Shown here piece after piece: positions 19,840 through 29,263 of a stretch of DNA of 63,610 nucleotides (its first letter is position 1; each line of letters starts with the position of its first letter). Made by a program: the position numbers and the translations under genes. Under the pieces are notes generated by a model that saw nothing but the letters and a program-made list of their open reading frames with translations, did not search any database and was not told where the DNA came from. Where the stretch lies: IMG/VR virus record IMGVR_UViG_3300010048_000010, positions 1-63,610 of that record; one strand, 5' to 3'. This DNA is from a virus. Taxonomy: Duplodnaviria > Caudoviricetes.

Positions 19840-20136
19840 TTAGACCTCCCCAGGTGTCACACGAAATGCACTCAGTGCTGGATCGTTACATAATGCTTTC
19901 ATATGCTTCTTGTCAGACCAAAACTCGGCCCACGTGATACCTTTGTCGAAGCAATACTTCTCAATAACGATACCAGGAATCAGTGCTTTCAACTGCATTT
20001 CATCCGTGCCCTGCATGGTTTCCTGTTGTTTCAACAACTCGAGTTCGTCCCAAAAATCGTTGGCGAATTCGACGTGATGAACCACGACCGTTTCCTCTTT
20101 GTCGGGGTTGCTGATGAAATCGGTCGTGTTTTTCAT
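19840..20136 (-). CDS. conserved phage head-module hypothetical protein
   Basis: ALIP..VIEKY...LCNDPALSAFRV.PG pattern usually found between capsid and adaptor. Confidence 0.6.
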   Translation of the reverse strand: MKNTTDFISNPDKEETVVVHHVEFANDFWDELELLKQQETMQGTDEMQLKALIPGIVIEKYCFDKGITWAEFWSDKKHMKALCNDPALSAFRVTPGEV

Positions 20137-20138
20137 GA

Positions 20139-20483
20139 TTAGCTCGTTGTAGCTGTCGCCGGTGCAGCCGCTTTCGAGGTACTAGCACCCTTGAGCATAG
20201 CGATAATTTCTTGTTTGGAATACGTGTCCAGAATACCCGGATGCGTTTGAAGTGCAGCGATAACGCCTTCAGGGGTGCTCAAATCCGGTTCCGATGCCGT
20301 AGGTGCCGCTGCTTGATTCGGATCACCCCACCCCAACGTGCGCCCCATTGTTGATGGGTCCACAGACGGATTCATGGCCGGTTGATCGTCGGTGTGCGGT
20401 CCTTTCTGTTTTTCATCGGCTGCGGTTTCGGGCGGCGAGTCAGCAGCAGCAGCAGTCTTCGAAAACGGCGTTTTGGTTGCCAT
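20139..20483 (-). CDS. hypothetical protein
   Basis: 114 aa with GGAGG RBS. Confidence 0.6.
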   Translation of the reverse strand: MATKTPFSKTAAAADSPPETAADEKQKGPHTDDQPAMNPSVDPSTMGRTLGWGDPNQAAAPTASEPDLSTPEGVIAALQTHPGILDTYSKQEIIAMLKGASTSKAAAPATATTS

Positions 20484-20492
20484 AACAACCTC

Positions 20493-20696
20493 CTAATGGT
20501 TACCTAGTTTCCGGTTCGCCGCAGCCCGTATTTTGGACGCCGCAGCGGGCGACAATTTGCCTTTTGCTACCATTTGAGTTGCTCGCGCCTTGGCATTCGC
20601 CGCATGCGCCTTATCCGGTATCGGGTAGCTTCTACCTGGACCTGCGAAAGTACTGGAAGGCAACGCATTACGCTTTGCGGTAGTCAGCTTAGCCAT
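20493..20696 (-). CDS. small basic protein (67 aa) ending RKLGNH
   Basis: Start reassigned to ATG 20696 (GGAG RBS); LTTAKRNALPSSTFAGPGRSYPIPDKAHA.NA motif. Confidence 0.7.
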   Translation of the reverse strand: MAKLTTAKRNALPSSTFAGPGRSYPIPDKAHAANAKARATQMVAKGKLSPAAASKIRAAANRKLGNH

Positions 20697-20727
20697 GCTA
20701 TACTCCAATCTCCCCACAGGAGGAAAT

Positions 20728-21069
20728 ATGTTTACTATCAAGCCAACAATCGGCCGCAAAGTATGGTTTTTCGTTGGTGACGACCACCAGGAAATGAACG
20801 TCGAATCCAACGACCAACCGCTAGACGCCACCGTTATCTTCGTTCACAACGATACTCACGTCAATCTGTTCATTCTTGACCACATGGGACACCAGCACTT
20901 CGCCAGCAACGTCGAACTTGTGCAACCCGGCGAATATGCCCCCACCAGAGGTAGTTATGCGACTTGGATGGATTACCAAGTCGATCAGGCTCGAAAGAAC
21001 CAAGTCTACGAAGACACAAAAGTACCACGCCCACGCTCCAACGGCGACGAAGTCCACGAACAAGACTAG
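20728..21069 (+). CDS. conserved phage hypothetical protein, antisense to the head module
   Basis: GGAGGA RBS, ATG 20728; IKPTIGRKVWF...PLDATVIFVH...VNL. Confidence 0.65.
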   Translation: MFTIKPTIGRKVWFFVGDDHQEMNVESNDQPLDATVIFVHNDTHVNLFILDHMGHQHFASNVELVQPGEYAPTRGSYATWMDYQVDQARKNQVYEDTKVPRPRSNGDEVHEQD

Positions 21070-21563
21070 CCGCTGTTTCCGATCCTTCCTGACGCAGCAA
21101 ATGTACTCGACGCCGTGGCAGTCTTGCCGCTACCATCCGCAGCCGTAGCTGTCACGGTTACAACCTCAGCCACAGTATCCGTCAACGATACAGTCGCCTG
21201 ACCCGTTGTCGAATTCGTGCTGGTAGTTTGTGTTGCCGTGTAAGCAGTGGACGAATCAAGCGAAATGTTCAAGTTCACTTGCATAGGATTACCCTTCTGA
21301 TCCTGTGCGGTGAACGTCACATTGTTCATCGTCGTGCCATCCGGCGCAGCACCATCAACCGTGGGCTGACCGTTCAATGTGGTCAAAACTGGATTGTACG
21401 GCCCATCGCCGAATGCGTACCACTTACCCAAAATTTTCTGGTAATAGGCACCTGAATTCACATCGACGCCGATCTGACCGAGCATACCGATTGAGTTATC
21501 GGACGGTGGGCCATCGAACGGCACAATGGGCTGAAAACTGTTGATCGGATATGCTGCGGGCAT
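21066..21563 (-). CDS. Ig-like (Big_1-type) domain virion decoration protein
   Basis: A.PDGT..N.VTFTAQDQKGNP...TNS..GQATVSLTDTVAEVVTVTAT. Confidence 0.7.
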   Translation of the reverse strand: MPAAYPINSFQPIVPFDGPPSDNSIGMLGQIGVDVNSGAYYQKILGKWYAFGDGPYNPVLTTLNGQPTVDGAAPDGTTMNNVTFTAQDQKGNPMQVNLNISLDSSTAYTATQTTSTNSTTGQATVSLTDTVAEVVTVTATAADGSGKTATASSTFAASGRIGNSG

Positions 21564-21571
21564 GGTAACTC

Positions 21572-21796
21572 CTACGTGTTCGAGTAGTGATTACCGAGTT
21601 TGCGACCCACATTACCTTTAATGCCGGGCATACGCGGCGGCTTGGCAGGTTTTGTGGACCCTTGCATACTCGGCATGTCCGGTGAAGAACCTGGTAGCTT
21701 TGCAGGCTTCGCAGCCGTCAGCATTGGCGACTTCACCGAACCCGGTGCCGCCACATTAGGGAGCTTGGGCGGCTTCGTACCTGAAAAGCCAGCCAT
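21572..21796 (-). CDS. small Pro/Lys-rich protein ending GRKLGNHYSNT
   Basis: 74 aa ORF directly downstream of 21805..22107. Confidence 0.65.
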   Translation of the reverse strand: MAGFSGTKPPKLPNVAAPGSVKSPMLTAAKPAKLPGSSPDMPSMQGSTKPAKPPRMPGIKGNVGRKLGNHYSNT

Positions 21797-21804
21797 AACG
21801 CCCC

Positions 21805-22107
21805 CTATGTGTTGGAGTAGTGGTTACCGAGCTTTTTACCACTACCCACGCCGCTAACGTCTTGACCGGATTTTGCACCCGGTGCGCCGGACACTTTGTC
21901 CGCTTTGCCGCCACCGACTTGTGGCGGTGGGCTATAACCCTTGCCACTAGTGCCGGTGCTACCCGTATTGGGCGACTTTTTCGCTTTCACGTTCTGCTCC
22001 TTTGGACCGAAGTCCTTCGCCGCACCCTTGGCTTGCGTATATACAGACGCATCCTTGATGCTACCGATGGTGTACTTGCCACCGGCGTTTCCACCACCTC
22101 TTGGCAT
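21805..22107 (-). CDS. small Gly/Lys-rich protein ending GKKLGNHYSNT
   Basis: 100 aa, GAGG RBS; first gene after the capsid gene. Confidence 0.65.
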   Translation of the reverse strand: MPRGGGNAGGKYTIGSIKDASVYTQAKGAAKDFGPKEQNVKAKKSPNTGSTGTSGKGYSPPPQVGGGKADKVSGAPGAKSGQDVSGVGSGKKLGNHYSNT

Positions 22108-22176
22108 GATAACCTCTCGAAAAAAGCCCGGTTTGGCTGTCCCGTCCTCACCGGGTGGACCTAGCTACCGCCATAA

Positions 22177-23133
22177 TCAGTTCAGGTCACGGATTTGCGC
22201 GCTCGACGCTTCGTTGCGGGCTTCCAATGTACCTTCGTACACGATCTGCCAGTTGCGAGCATCACCGGTTTGGGCCAGTTCGGTCTTCTCGAACCCGCGC
22301 AGCGTGGCAAGTGCCCACATGGCCGTATCGATGCAATACACCGACTTGTCCGGGGTCACTTGGGCCGCAAGCACGCGATTCGGAATCATAGCCACATTGC
22401 CGAAGTCGCTAGCATACACGGCGTAAGCCGTTTGCAAGATGGCAGTCTTGCCGTTGCCTTCGACTTCTTGCATACGCGTTGCATTGCCGCTGAATGCGCT
22501 CGACAGCACCTTGTCGGACGGCCGCATATGGACTTGCGTCACATTGCCACCCGCCGTATAGGCGTCCATCAGAGCGGTCTTGAGCATCGGTTCGGTGAAT
22601 GCTACAGCCGTACCTGCTACCGGCGGCGTATTCGTGGGCGGGACCGGAGCGCTGGAACCTGCGCCGCCGACGAAGTTGGTTGCACACCACCCGCCGACGC
22701 CGCGCAGCGTGCGCGCCACCGTTGTCGAGCCAGCAACACTGGTCGTATTGGACAAACTGGCCGCTTCGACGTCTTTCTTCAGTTCGACGGACTTCTTCGC
22801 CGACAGACGCGCAACTTCCTTCGGACCTGCTTTCTTCACCGCTTCCTGCGTATTGGACACAGAAAATGTATCTTTGATGATCTGAGTGCGGTTGCCGATC
22901 CGTGTAGTCGGCGTCTGAGCGTTAAATACCGCATCCGCGCCTTCAACCGAAGCGTTCTGCGCGTTAGGAGCACGCAGTGCATCCGTTTGCCACTCATGAT
23001 ACACCCCGTCGCAGCCAGTCTTGGCGATGGCTGAGGTAAACGGGGTATCCGACGGGGAAATCATGAACACTTTGTCGATCAAGTCTTCACGATTGCCCAC
23101 CGTCGTGTAGGTTGTTACTGTATTTGCAGGCAT
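22177..23133 (-). CDS. major capsid protein (SU10/DUF5309-like)
   Basis: VGNREDL.D...ISPSDTPF...HEWQTDAL...NRTQI...ELAQTGD...EGTLE.RNE. Confidence 0.9.
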   Translation of the reverse strand: MPANTVTTYTTVGNREDLIDKVFMISPSDTPFTSAIAKTGCDGVYHEWQTDALRAPNAQNASVEGADAVFNAQTPTTRIGNRTQIIKDTFSVSNTQEAVKKAGPKEVARLSAKKSVELKKDVEAASLSNTTSVAGSTTVARTLRGVGGWCATNFVGGAGSSAPVPPTNTPPVAGTAVAFTEPMLKTALMDAYTAGGNVTQVHMRPSDKVLSSAFSGNATRMQEVEGNGKTAILQTAYAVYASDFGNVAMIPNRVLAAQVTPDKSVYCIDTAMWALATLRGFEKTELAQTGDARNWQIVYEGTLEARNEASSAQIRDLN

Positions 23134-23156
23134 GATGCCCCCATGTGGATACCTGA

Positions 23157-24185
23157 CTAGCTTTCAAAGAAAGCAGCCAACGTGTTCACACCTGGGTTCT
23201 GTTTGAAGGCTTTGTCCGCCTTTTGAAGTCTCGCGACTTCCTTCGTTGCGGACGTCGGAACACCTCTCCCAGCACCCGGACGCTCGACCCGCGCAGCGAC
23301 TTGCTGGTTCTTCTTGACACCAGCGGTTCGCGCAGCGGCCTGTTTAGCCAACGCTCTGTCATAGAGCATAGCCTTACGGGCGATCAGCACAACCTTAGCC
23401 GTATCGATCTGCGCCCGCATTTCGGGTGGCACACCTTGATCGGAAAGGTACTGATCCAACTCCCGAGCGCCCTGACTAGCTTTTTGAGGGTCCGACCATT
23501 CAGGTATCGCTTGGATAAGAAGTGCTTTCTGTTCCTGAGCGAACTGAGTCATCGATGCCTGTCTAGCTTCCGCATCACGGCGTTGCAACTCCGTCTGAAT
23601 CGCGCGTGCCTGGTTCAACTCGGTTTGCTTGGTTTCCCAAGTGTGCCGTTGACGCACATACTCAGTCGGATTTTCCTCCAGCAACTTAGCCCAATCGGGC
23701 TGTTGAGTCTGCATAAACTGTTGAGACTGCTGGATATAGTACTCGAGTACTTGTCCCAACTGTTTCTCGCGTTCCGGCAGGATAGCCAACTTCTGTTCGG
23801 CGTCCTTTCGAATCGCGGCGGCTTCTTCGAACTTCTTGTTAGCTCCCGCATATTTCTGTGCGTCAGCTTTCAATTGTCCGAAAGTCGTTTGGACTGATGC
23901 ACCATCAATGTTCAATACAACGATGGTTTCGTCCTTGATCGCTCCGGTATCTTGTGGAGCCTCGGCGTTCAAGTCTAGTTCTAACTCTTCGTCTCCTACA
24001 GGTACTTCTTCACCAACTTGTACTTCTTCACCTTCCGGCGTTTCGACAACAACTTCAGTCTCGATCTGTTGGCCTTCCTGATCTACTTCAACTTCGTCTG
24101 GATTGCCGTCAGCCGGGTTCAGAAAGAAGTCTTCGAGTTCAGGTTCAGCGCCCGCTTGTGGGGTAGCTGCGACAGTATCGGCCAT
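23157..24185 (-). CDS. capsid scaffolding protein
   Basis: Acidic N-terminus, coiled coil, PDW..L...P.EY, IPEW.D, KAMLYD; upstream of the capsid gene. Confidence 0.8.
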   Translation of the reverse strand: MADTVAATPQAGAEPELEDFFLNPADGNPDEVEVDQEGQQIETEVVVETPEGEEVQVGEEVPVGDEELELDLNAEAPQDTGAIKDETIVVLNIDGASVQTTFGQLKADAQKYAGANKKFEEAAAIRKDAEQKLAILPEREKQLGQVLEYYIQQSQQFMQTQQPDWAKLLEENPTEYVRQRHTWETKQTELNQARAIQTELQRRDAEARQASMTQFAQEQKALLIQAIPEWSDPQKASQGARELDQYLSDQGVPPEMRAQIDTAKVVLIARKAMLYDRALAKQAAARTAGVKKNQQVAARVERPGAGRGVPTSATKEVARLQKADKAFKQNPGVNTLAAFFES

Positions 24186-24212
24186 GATGGACTCCTAAAA
24201 ATATAATGCATG

Positions 24213-26960
24213 TTACTCTTTTTTTCCACCTTTACTGCTAGGCGGGGGTCTTTGTTTTGCAATCTTCTCTTGTGACTGCAACTGTTGATCCTGCATATCG
24301 GATTCGTGTTCATGCTGCGCCTGTTGCATATCAGCCTCATGCTGCCGCTGTGCATTGGCTTCTTGTGCATCAGCATCTTGTTGCTGCATTTGTTGTGCAA
24401 ACGCAGCCGGAATCGAAATCCGACGACCATTAATGTCTTGCAAGATGATTTGTTCACCCATACCAGCAGTTTGAGCGTCAACACCGGCTTTCATAGCCGC
24501 AGCCTGTAGATTCGACGCTTGTTGGACGTAGAATTTCTCGCGTTCCCATGCTTGTTGTTGAGCAAATTGGTCTTTCTGACGCTGGTCGAGCAGATTTTCC
24601 TTGAAAACTTCCATTTGCATACGGTTTTGAGCATCACGTTGGTCATTTACCGCTTGAGCCTGCATTTTCTGCTGTTCCATCTGCATATCATCTTGATGTT
24701 TTTGCTGTTCAAGCTGTTGCTGACCTTGAACCGCCATCATCTGCGGATTTGGCGGTTGCGGGAACTGTTGTCCGGGCTGCGGCGGTTGAAAATACTGAGC
24801 CGGATCACCGCGTTGCATCGCACGAACAAGGTCAGACAGCGAATTGTACATATTTGCAGGCGTTACAAGGCCGCCCGCGATGGCTTGCTGCTGAACCCCA
24901 AGCAGTTGCAAAATCATTGCGATCATTGCAGCTTGGTCGCCTGTTCCAAGCCCAACTGTGCACTTCATCGTATATTTATTGTGCCAAACTCGCGGATCAA
25001 CGTCCACAAATGACCCGTTCAATTCGAAGGCCATAGCCTTGTCCTGGTGCCGCATAAGCGTTTTCTGCACCAATTCACACAAATCCTTGACACCACCTTC
25101 ACCAAACAGCCGTGCGATCAGCTTAACTCGCATATCCGCGCGCTGAGTAATGCGAGCGAGACCACTAGCAGTATGATTAAGAGTATCGGCATCCATCCCT
25201 TGAGTATATTTCGTAACACCACTCTTCTCTTGCGCCGCCGAGTCCAGGTATTCGAGTAACTGGTAGCCACCTTGCGCATCGGCCATCCCCTGTTGTAATA
25301 CACCAACGGCATTTGCAGACTTCACACGCACAACGCCGCCGGGGCGATTAGTAAGCAAATCGTTGATATTGACTTGTGATTCAATAGCCCAAGTGCGACC
25401 GTTGATCTGAACATTCATGTTGTCGACCAGAGAGCGCAAAACTCCCGTTTTTGCCAGTTGCATCGGCATTTCGAGGTCGGCAATCGAACGTCCGTAGAAA
25501 AGACCCGGGATTGGCACCGGGCAAAGCGCCGCGAACGGTGGCCCATCAACCACCACATTTTCCAGTAGTGCGTTACCAGCACGGACTATTTTGCGCCACT
25601 CACTGATTCCATCACCATCCGCGTCGATCGGTAGGTAACACTCGTATAACCACACGAGTCGCATGGACTCATCACCGTAATCATCGAACTGCGACGGCTT
25701 GTAGACCGTCTGCAAAGACTCCCGTGCAAATAACAGAGCGGAATTGTCGACATTCAACGCGTCTGGATCACTCGAAACCTGGTCGAGGTCAATACCATCA
25801 ACCAAATCGCCATATTTGACACGCAGATCGCTAATGGTCTTGCGCACGCGGTGGGCGCAGAAACCATCACTGATCCGCTTACTACGTTCATCGATCAGAA
25901 AGTCTTCAGGATTCATCGACTCGATAGCCACATGTCCTGATTTCTTACTCCGAGTAACTACCACATTGTGCAACTGAGGCAAGGTTTCCACATTGATCGG
26001 CTGCGGCGGCTTGGGCGGCTGCATTGCCGGACCCTGCGGTGCTGCACCAGGAGGCGGTGCGCCGGGAGTGCCAGGTGGCCGTGGCCCTGCTTGTGGAGGT
26101 GGCATACCCGGTGCCCCACCTTGAAGTGGAGGTGGTGTACCTGGACCCATCGGCCCTTGTTGTGCACCCGGTGCTGGAGGTGGAAACGGCAAACCTTGTG
26201 CCTGTGCCATTGCAGCGGCTTCGTTCCACTGCCGCACGGCGTCCATTTGTTGCTTATACTGCGCCATCGCTGCTTTCTCAGCGTATGGGTCGATGTAGCT
26301 GACGATCTTGGTAATCGTCACATCGTTGTCTTCAGACAGAATGGCAAGATCACCATCTGTCATCTGATTGTATTCCTCACGCGTTACATCTTCGTACAGT
26401 TCCCACCAGACTTTAGCAATGCCAACTTTGTTCAGCAGCGAATTCTTAAACCACTCCAAGAAGAACATGAAGCCCGGATTGTCTTCCATAACAATCCAGT
26501 TCACCAAGTTCGTCATTTGCTGCGCAGCCTGTTCATCGCCAGCCTTGCGCGGGCCATACTTTGTGATGTTGCCGGACGCCAGAAACATTTCCATCAACGC
26601 TGGCATCATCCACTCGATCTGATCCGACACAGTCGTATCGACCAGATTTGAACGTCCCTGAATACCCGGAGGCGCTAAGTCTCCCTCAGCCAGTCCAAGG
26701 TAATACTGCATCGCCTTGACTTGCTGAACCGAGATTGCCGAACCCATCCACGTAGTCGAGTTCCTGATACGGGCCGCGAGGATCGAGTCAATCTCCGCGT
26801 CCGACATTACCAAGTCTTCGTCTTTCAGGTTCGTTGGGTCGTCTTTGGCTTCCTGTATAGTAATCATCTGCACAGGAACACTGGGCAAAGGAATATTTCC
26901 GGGAGCCGTATCTGGTTTACGGTCGTCCCTAAACATCTCCTCCAGTTCGTCCATTTCCAT
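24213..26960 (-). CDS. portal protein
   Basis: Start probably ATG 26960; YYLG...GRS.LVDTTVSDQIEWMMPALM, GI.KVWWE, E.YLPIDADGDGISE, PGGVVRV; long Gln-rich C-terminus. Confidence 0.9.
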   Translation of the reverse strand: MEMDELEEMFRDDRKPDTAPGNIPLPSVPVQMITIQEAKDDPTNLKDEDLVMSDAEIDSILAARIRNSTTWMGSAISVQQVKAMQYYLGLAEGDLAPPGIQGRSNLVDTTVSDQIEWMMPALMEMFLASGNITKYGPRKAGDEQAAQQMTNLVNWIVMEDNPGFMFFLEWFKNSLLNKVGIAKVWWELYEDVTREEYNQMTDGDLAILSEDNDVTITKIVSYIDPYAEKAAMAQYKQQMDAVRQWNEAAAMAQAQGLPFPPPAPGAQQGPMGPGTPPPLQGGAPGMPPPQAGPRPPGTPGAPPPGAAPQGPAMQPPKPPQPINVETLPQLHNVVVTRSKKSGHVAIESMNPEDFLIDERSKRISDGFCAHRVRKTISDLRVKYGDLVDGIDLDQVSSDPDALNVDNSALLFARESLQTVYKPSQFDDYGDESMRLVWLYECYLPIDADGDGISEWRKIVRAGNALLENVVVDGPPFAALCPVPIPGLFYGRSIADLEMPMQLAKTGVLRSLVDNMNVQINGRTWAIESQVNINDLLTNRPGGVVRVKSANAVGVLQQGMADAQGGYQLLEYLDSAAQEKSGVTKYTQGMDADTLNHTASGLARITQRADMRVKLIARLFGEGGVKDLCELVQKTLMRHQDKAMAFELNGSFVDVDPRVWHNKYTMKCTVGLGTGDQAAMIAMILQLLGVQQQAIAGGLVTPANMYNSLSDLVRAMQRGDPAQYFQPPQPGQQFPQPPNPQMMAVQGQQQLEQQKHQDDMQMEQQKMQAQAVNDQRDAQNRMQMEVFKENLLDQRQKDQFAQQQAWEREKFYVQQASNLQAAAMKAGVDAQTAGMGEQIILQDINGRRISIPAAFAQQMQQQDADAQEANAQRQHEADMQQAQHEHESDMQDQQLQSQEKIAKQRPPPSSKGGKKE

Positions 26961-26968
26961 GGTGACCC

Positions 26969-28294
26969 TCAACCTGTAATAAGACGCGGATAATCGAGTT
27001 CGCGCCCCCATCCTGTCTGGTTACCCCAGTCGCCACCATGGAATGAAGTGTCCATGAGCGGTGCATAGACAGAAGCGTATCTGACCATATCTGAGCCGTG
27101 CGAGTGTTCGTCGTGGTCTGGATGACCGTATTTGTTTCGTTTGTAGCGTTTAAGGTGTTCGATAATTTCTGCACATTTCACCTTATCGAAAAACATGCGT
27201 GGCATCGTCTCACGCGTTAACCTAATGCCATTTTCCACCCCTAGATTATCCACAATTTCCACTGGCCAACCATAACCCTGCATCATTTCCTGTGGAGTTT
27301 CGCTAATCAGGATACCGTGGTTGCGTGCGTCATGGGGCATCACGATGATAGAGTTTGAATAACCGCGTCCGCGCAGTTCTTCATCAAACCAAGACAGCTT
27401 GACGCGATTATTTTCGATATAGTCCACGCAACGCAAGTCCATCACAGTTGCTTGCCAGATACCACAAGACATTGCGTCGTTGAAACCAAGATCGAAGATC
27501 GCGTATGGCTGAATCATCGGATCGATGGTAAGCAGACGGATGCGTTCCTGACGCTCCATCTCAACAATCTCATCGAAGTAGATTGCACCCTCAACCGCGG
27601 CGAGTGGATAGCCTAGCCACACATGCTTATGGAGCACCGGATTACGGCCTAGCATGTGCTGTTCTTCCAACTGGAGCACTTTCGGGAACCACGGATTCTG
27701 ATCGAAGTTCACGAAAAGGTTCGCACATTCTGGCAAGCCTTCGGTAATCACTAGCTGATAGATTGGGTCAGTCTCCAGAATTGGGTTCCATGAGAACCAA
27801 ATCTGCGAACCTTCAGCACGGATCGTAGGGAACAGTAAGCGGAGGGACTTAAGTGAAACAGACTGGGCTTCTTCGACCCACGCAATATCAATATCCGCCA
27901 TAGACTTGATACTGTCGATTGTTTCTGTTGCAAGACCGCGGAATATGAACGCTCCACCTTGGAACCTCTTACTCCGAATCTCATTGGTGAGTATATCAAA
28001 GTCGCGTGTCAGCCCTAACTCATTAATCTCATTCACCACATTCATGTAAACGGAGTCACGAATCGATAGCTGAATCTCACGAGTGCAAAGTACGCGCAGC
28101 TTGCGTTCGGCAGACTTCATTACCAACGCTCGCGCAAAGTTCTTGGTTTTACCTGAACCGCGGCCACCGCGCACGCTGATATAGCGCCATTGCGGTTCGA
28201 AGAGTATGCGACTCCACGCAGGCATTTTCGCATTGCTGGATGGTGCCACCACAGGAGCTAAGGTGCGCGACCAAGGAGGGGCTACTTGGTTCAT
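26969..28294 (-). CDS. terL: terminase large subunit (PBSX-like)
   Basis: Walker A GGRGSGKT, Walker B AWVEEAQ, SWNP, nuclease DLGFND and SHGSDMVRY; ATGA coupling at 28291-28294. Confidence 0.92.
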   Translation of the reverse strand: MNQVAPPWSRTLAPVVAPSSNAKMPAWSRILFEPQWRYISVRGGRGSGKTKNFARALVMKSAERKLRVLCTREIQLSIRDSVYMNVVNEINELGLTRDFDILTNEIRSKRFQGGAFIFRGLATETIDSIKSMADIDIAWVEEAQSVSLKSLRLLFPTIRAEGSQIWFSWNPILETDPIYQLVITEGLPECANLFVNFDQNPWFPKVLQLEEQHMLGRNPVLHKHVWLGYPLAAVEGAIYFDEIVEMERQERIRLLTIDPMIQPYAIFDLGFNDAMSCGIWQATVMDLRCVDYIENNRVKLSWFDEELRGRGYSNSIIVMPHDARNHGILISETPQEMMQGYGWPVEIVDNLGVENGIRLTRETMPRMFFDKVKCAEIIEHLKRYKRNKYGHPDHDEHSHGSDMVRYASVYAPLMDTSFHGGDWGNQTGWGRELDYPRLITG

Positions 28295-28533
28295 GAGTAA
28301 CAATCCTGCATCGCAGCAAATAGAATACCGACGCAGCGAGCCAAGTCCTGTGGCAATCCACAAGTTGAATGGTACACGTGCCCATCCATCGGTTCGAGTA
28401 CCAGAATTGCGTTGCGCAATGGCTTAGCATCAGGTTCTTCTAGCCAGTCAGCAAATTCGCGTAAGTGCCTTGCAATGTCGGCATTAGATGGGGCCATGCC
28501 ATTGTTAGGCAATGATTTGAGTTCAGCAGTCAT
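28291..28533 (-). CDS. hypothetical protein
   Basis: 80 aa, coupled to terL. Confidence 0.55.
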   Translation of the reverse strand: MTAELKSLPNNGMAPSNADIARHLREFADWLEEPDAKPLRNAILVLEPMDGHVYHSTCGLPQDLARCVGILFAAMQDCYS

Positions 28534-28749
28534 GGAGTCGGTACATTTTGAATGTTCACGGTTGCTCTCTGCCAGTTGAGCCTATAATAGGTTGACAATA
28601 GGAGGAAATCAACATGGGATATCCTACTAGTTACTGCTTTGGCGTAAGAGTCGGTGGCATGTTCCAAAGCCGTGATGAAAACGGGTCGTTCACAGTAGTT
28701 AATCATGGACCTAAATTGATGCGCGTAACAGTGGAGTTATACGATGACA

Positions 28750-29049
28750 ATGAGCGCGGAAGACAAGGCTTTGCGACAAGGCGAGGTTTGGGCGGGCCAA
28801 CGGATGAGTCAGTTCCTGAACGATGAGTTGATGCAAGAACATTTTAACAACTTACTTCATGGCTGGCAAAATGCGTGGCTGGACGCAACCACAGTAGAGC
28901 AACGGGAGGAATTGTGGGCACGGACGCGTGCTCTACGTGACTTTATCGAATCCCTGCAATCTGTTATCAATACTGGTGAAATGGCGTCGAGACAGTTGCA
29001 AGAGGACAAGTGGGCAAATCAACCAAATGGAGAAGAAAATGAGTCTTAA
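28750..29049 (+). CDS. small helical protein of a type usually found next to portal genes
   Basis: FLNDELM.E.F...W...T.EQREELW.R.RAL..F...LQSVINTG.MA pattern. Confidence 0.55.
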   Translation: MSAEDKALRQGEVWAGQRMSQFLNDELMQEHFNNLLHGWQNAWLDATTVEQREELWARTRALRDFIESLQSVINTGEMASRQLQEDKWANQPNGEENES

Positions 29050-29263
29050 TTTCGGCGAAGCGCTTGACCACATGGTTAGCCGTGAACGCGTTGCACGGAC
29101 AGGATGGAACGGCAAAGGTATGTGGATCGCCATTCAACGTCCCGACCAAAACAGCATGATGGATCGGCCGTACATTTACATGTCCACAGTGGATCAGCAA
29201 CTCGTTCCGTGGGTTGCGTCGCAAACCGATCTGCTGGCAAACGATTGGGAGGTGGTAGAATGA
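29039..29263 (+). CDS. DUF2829 / Tad2-like nucleotide-signal sponge (74 aa)
   Basis: NFGEAL...RVARTGWNGKGMWI...PWVASQTDLLANDW signature; ATG 29039 with GGAG RBS. Confidence 0.85.
   Translation: MSLNFGEALDHMVSRERVARTGWNGKGMWIAIQRPDQNSMMDRPYIYMSTVDQQLVPWVASQTDLLANDWEVVE

Noticed and set aside
22195-23034. 279-aa plus-strand ORF
   Set aside because: Antisense shadow of the major capsid gene
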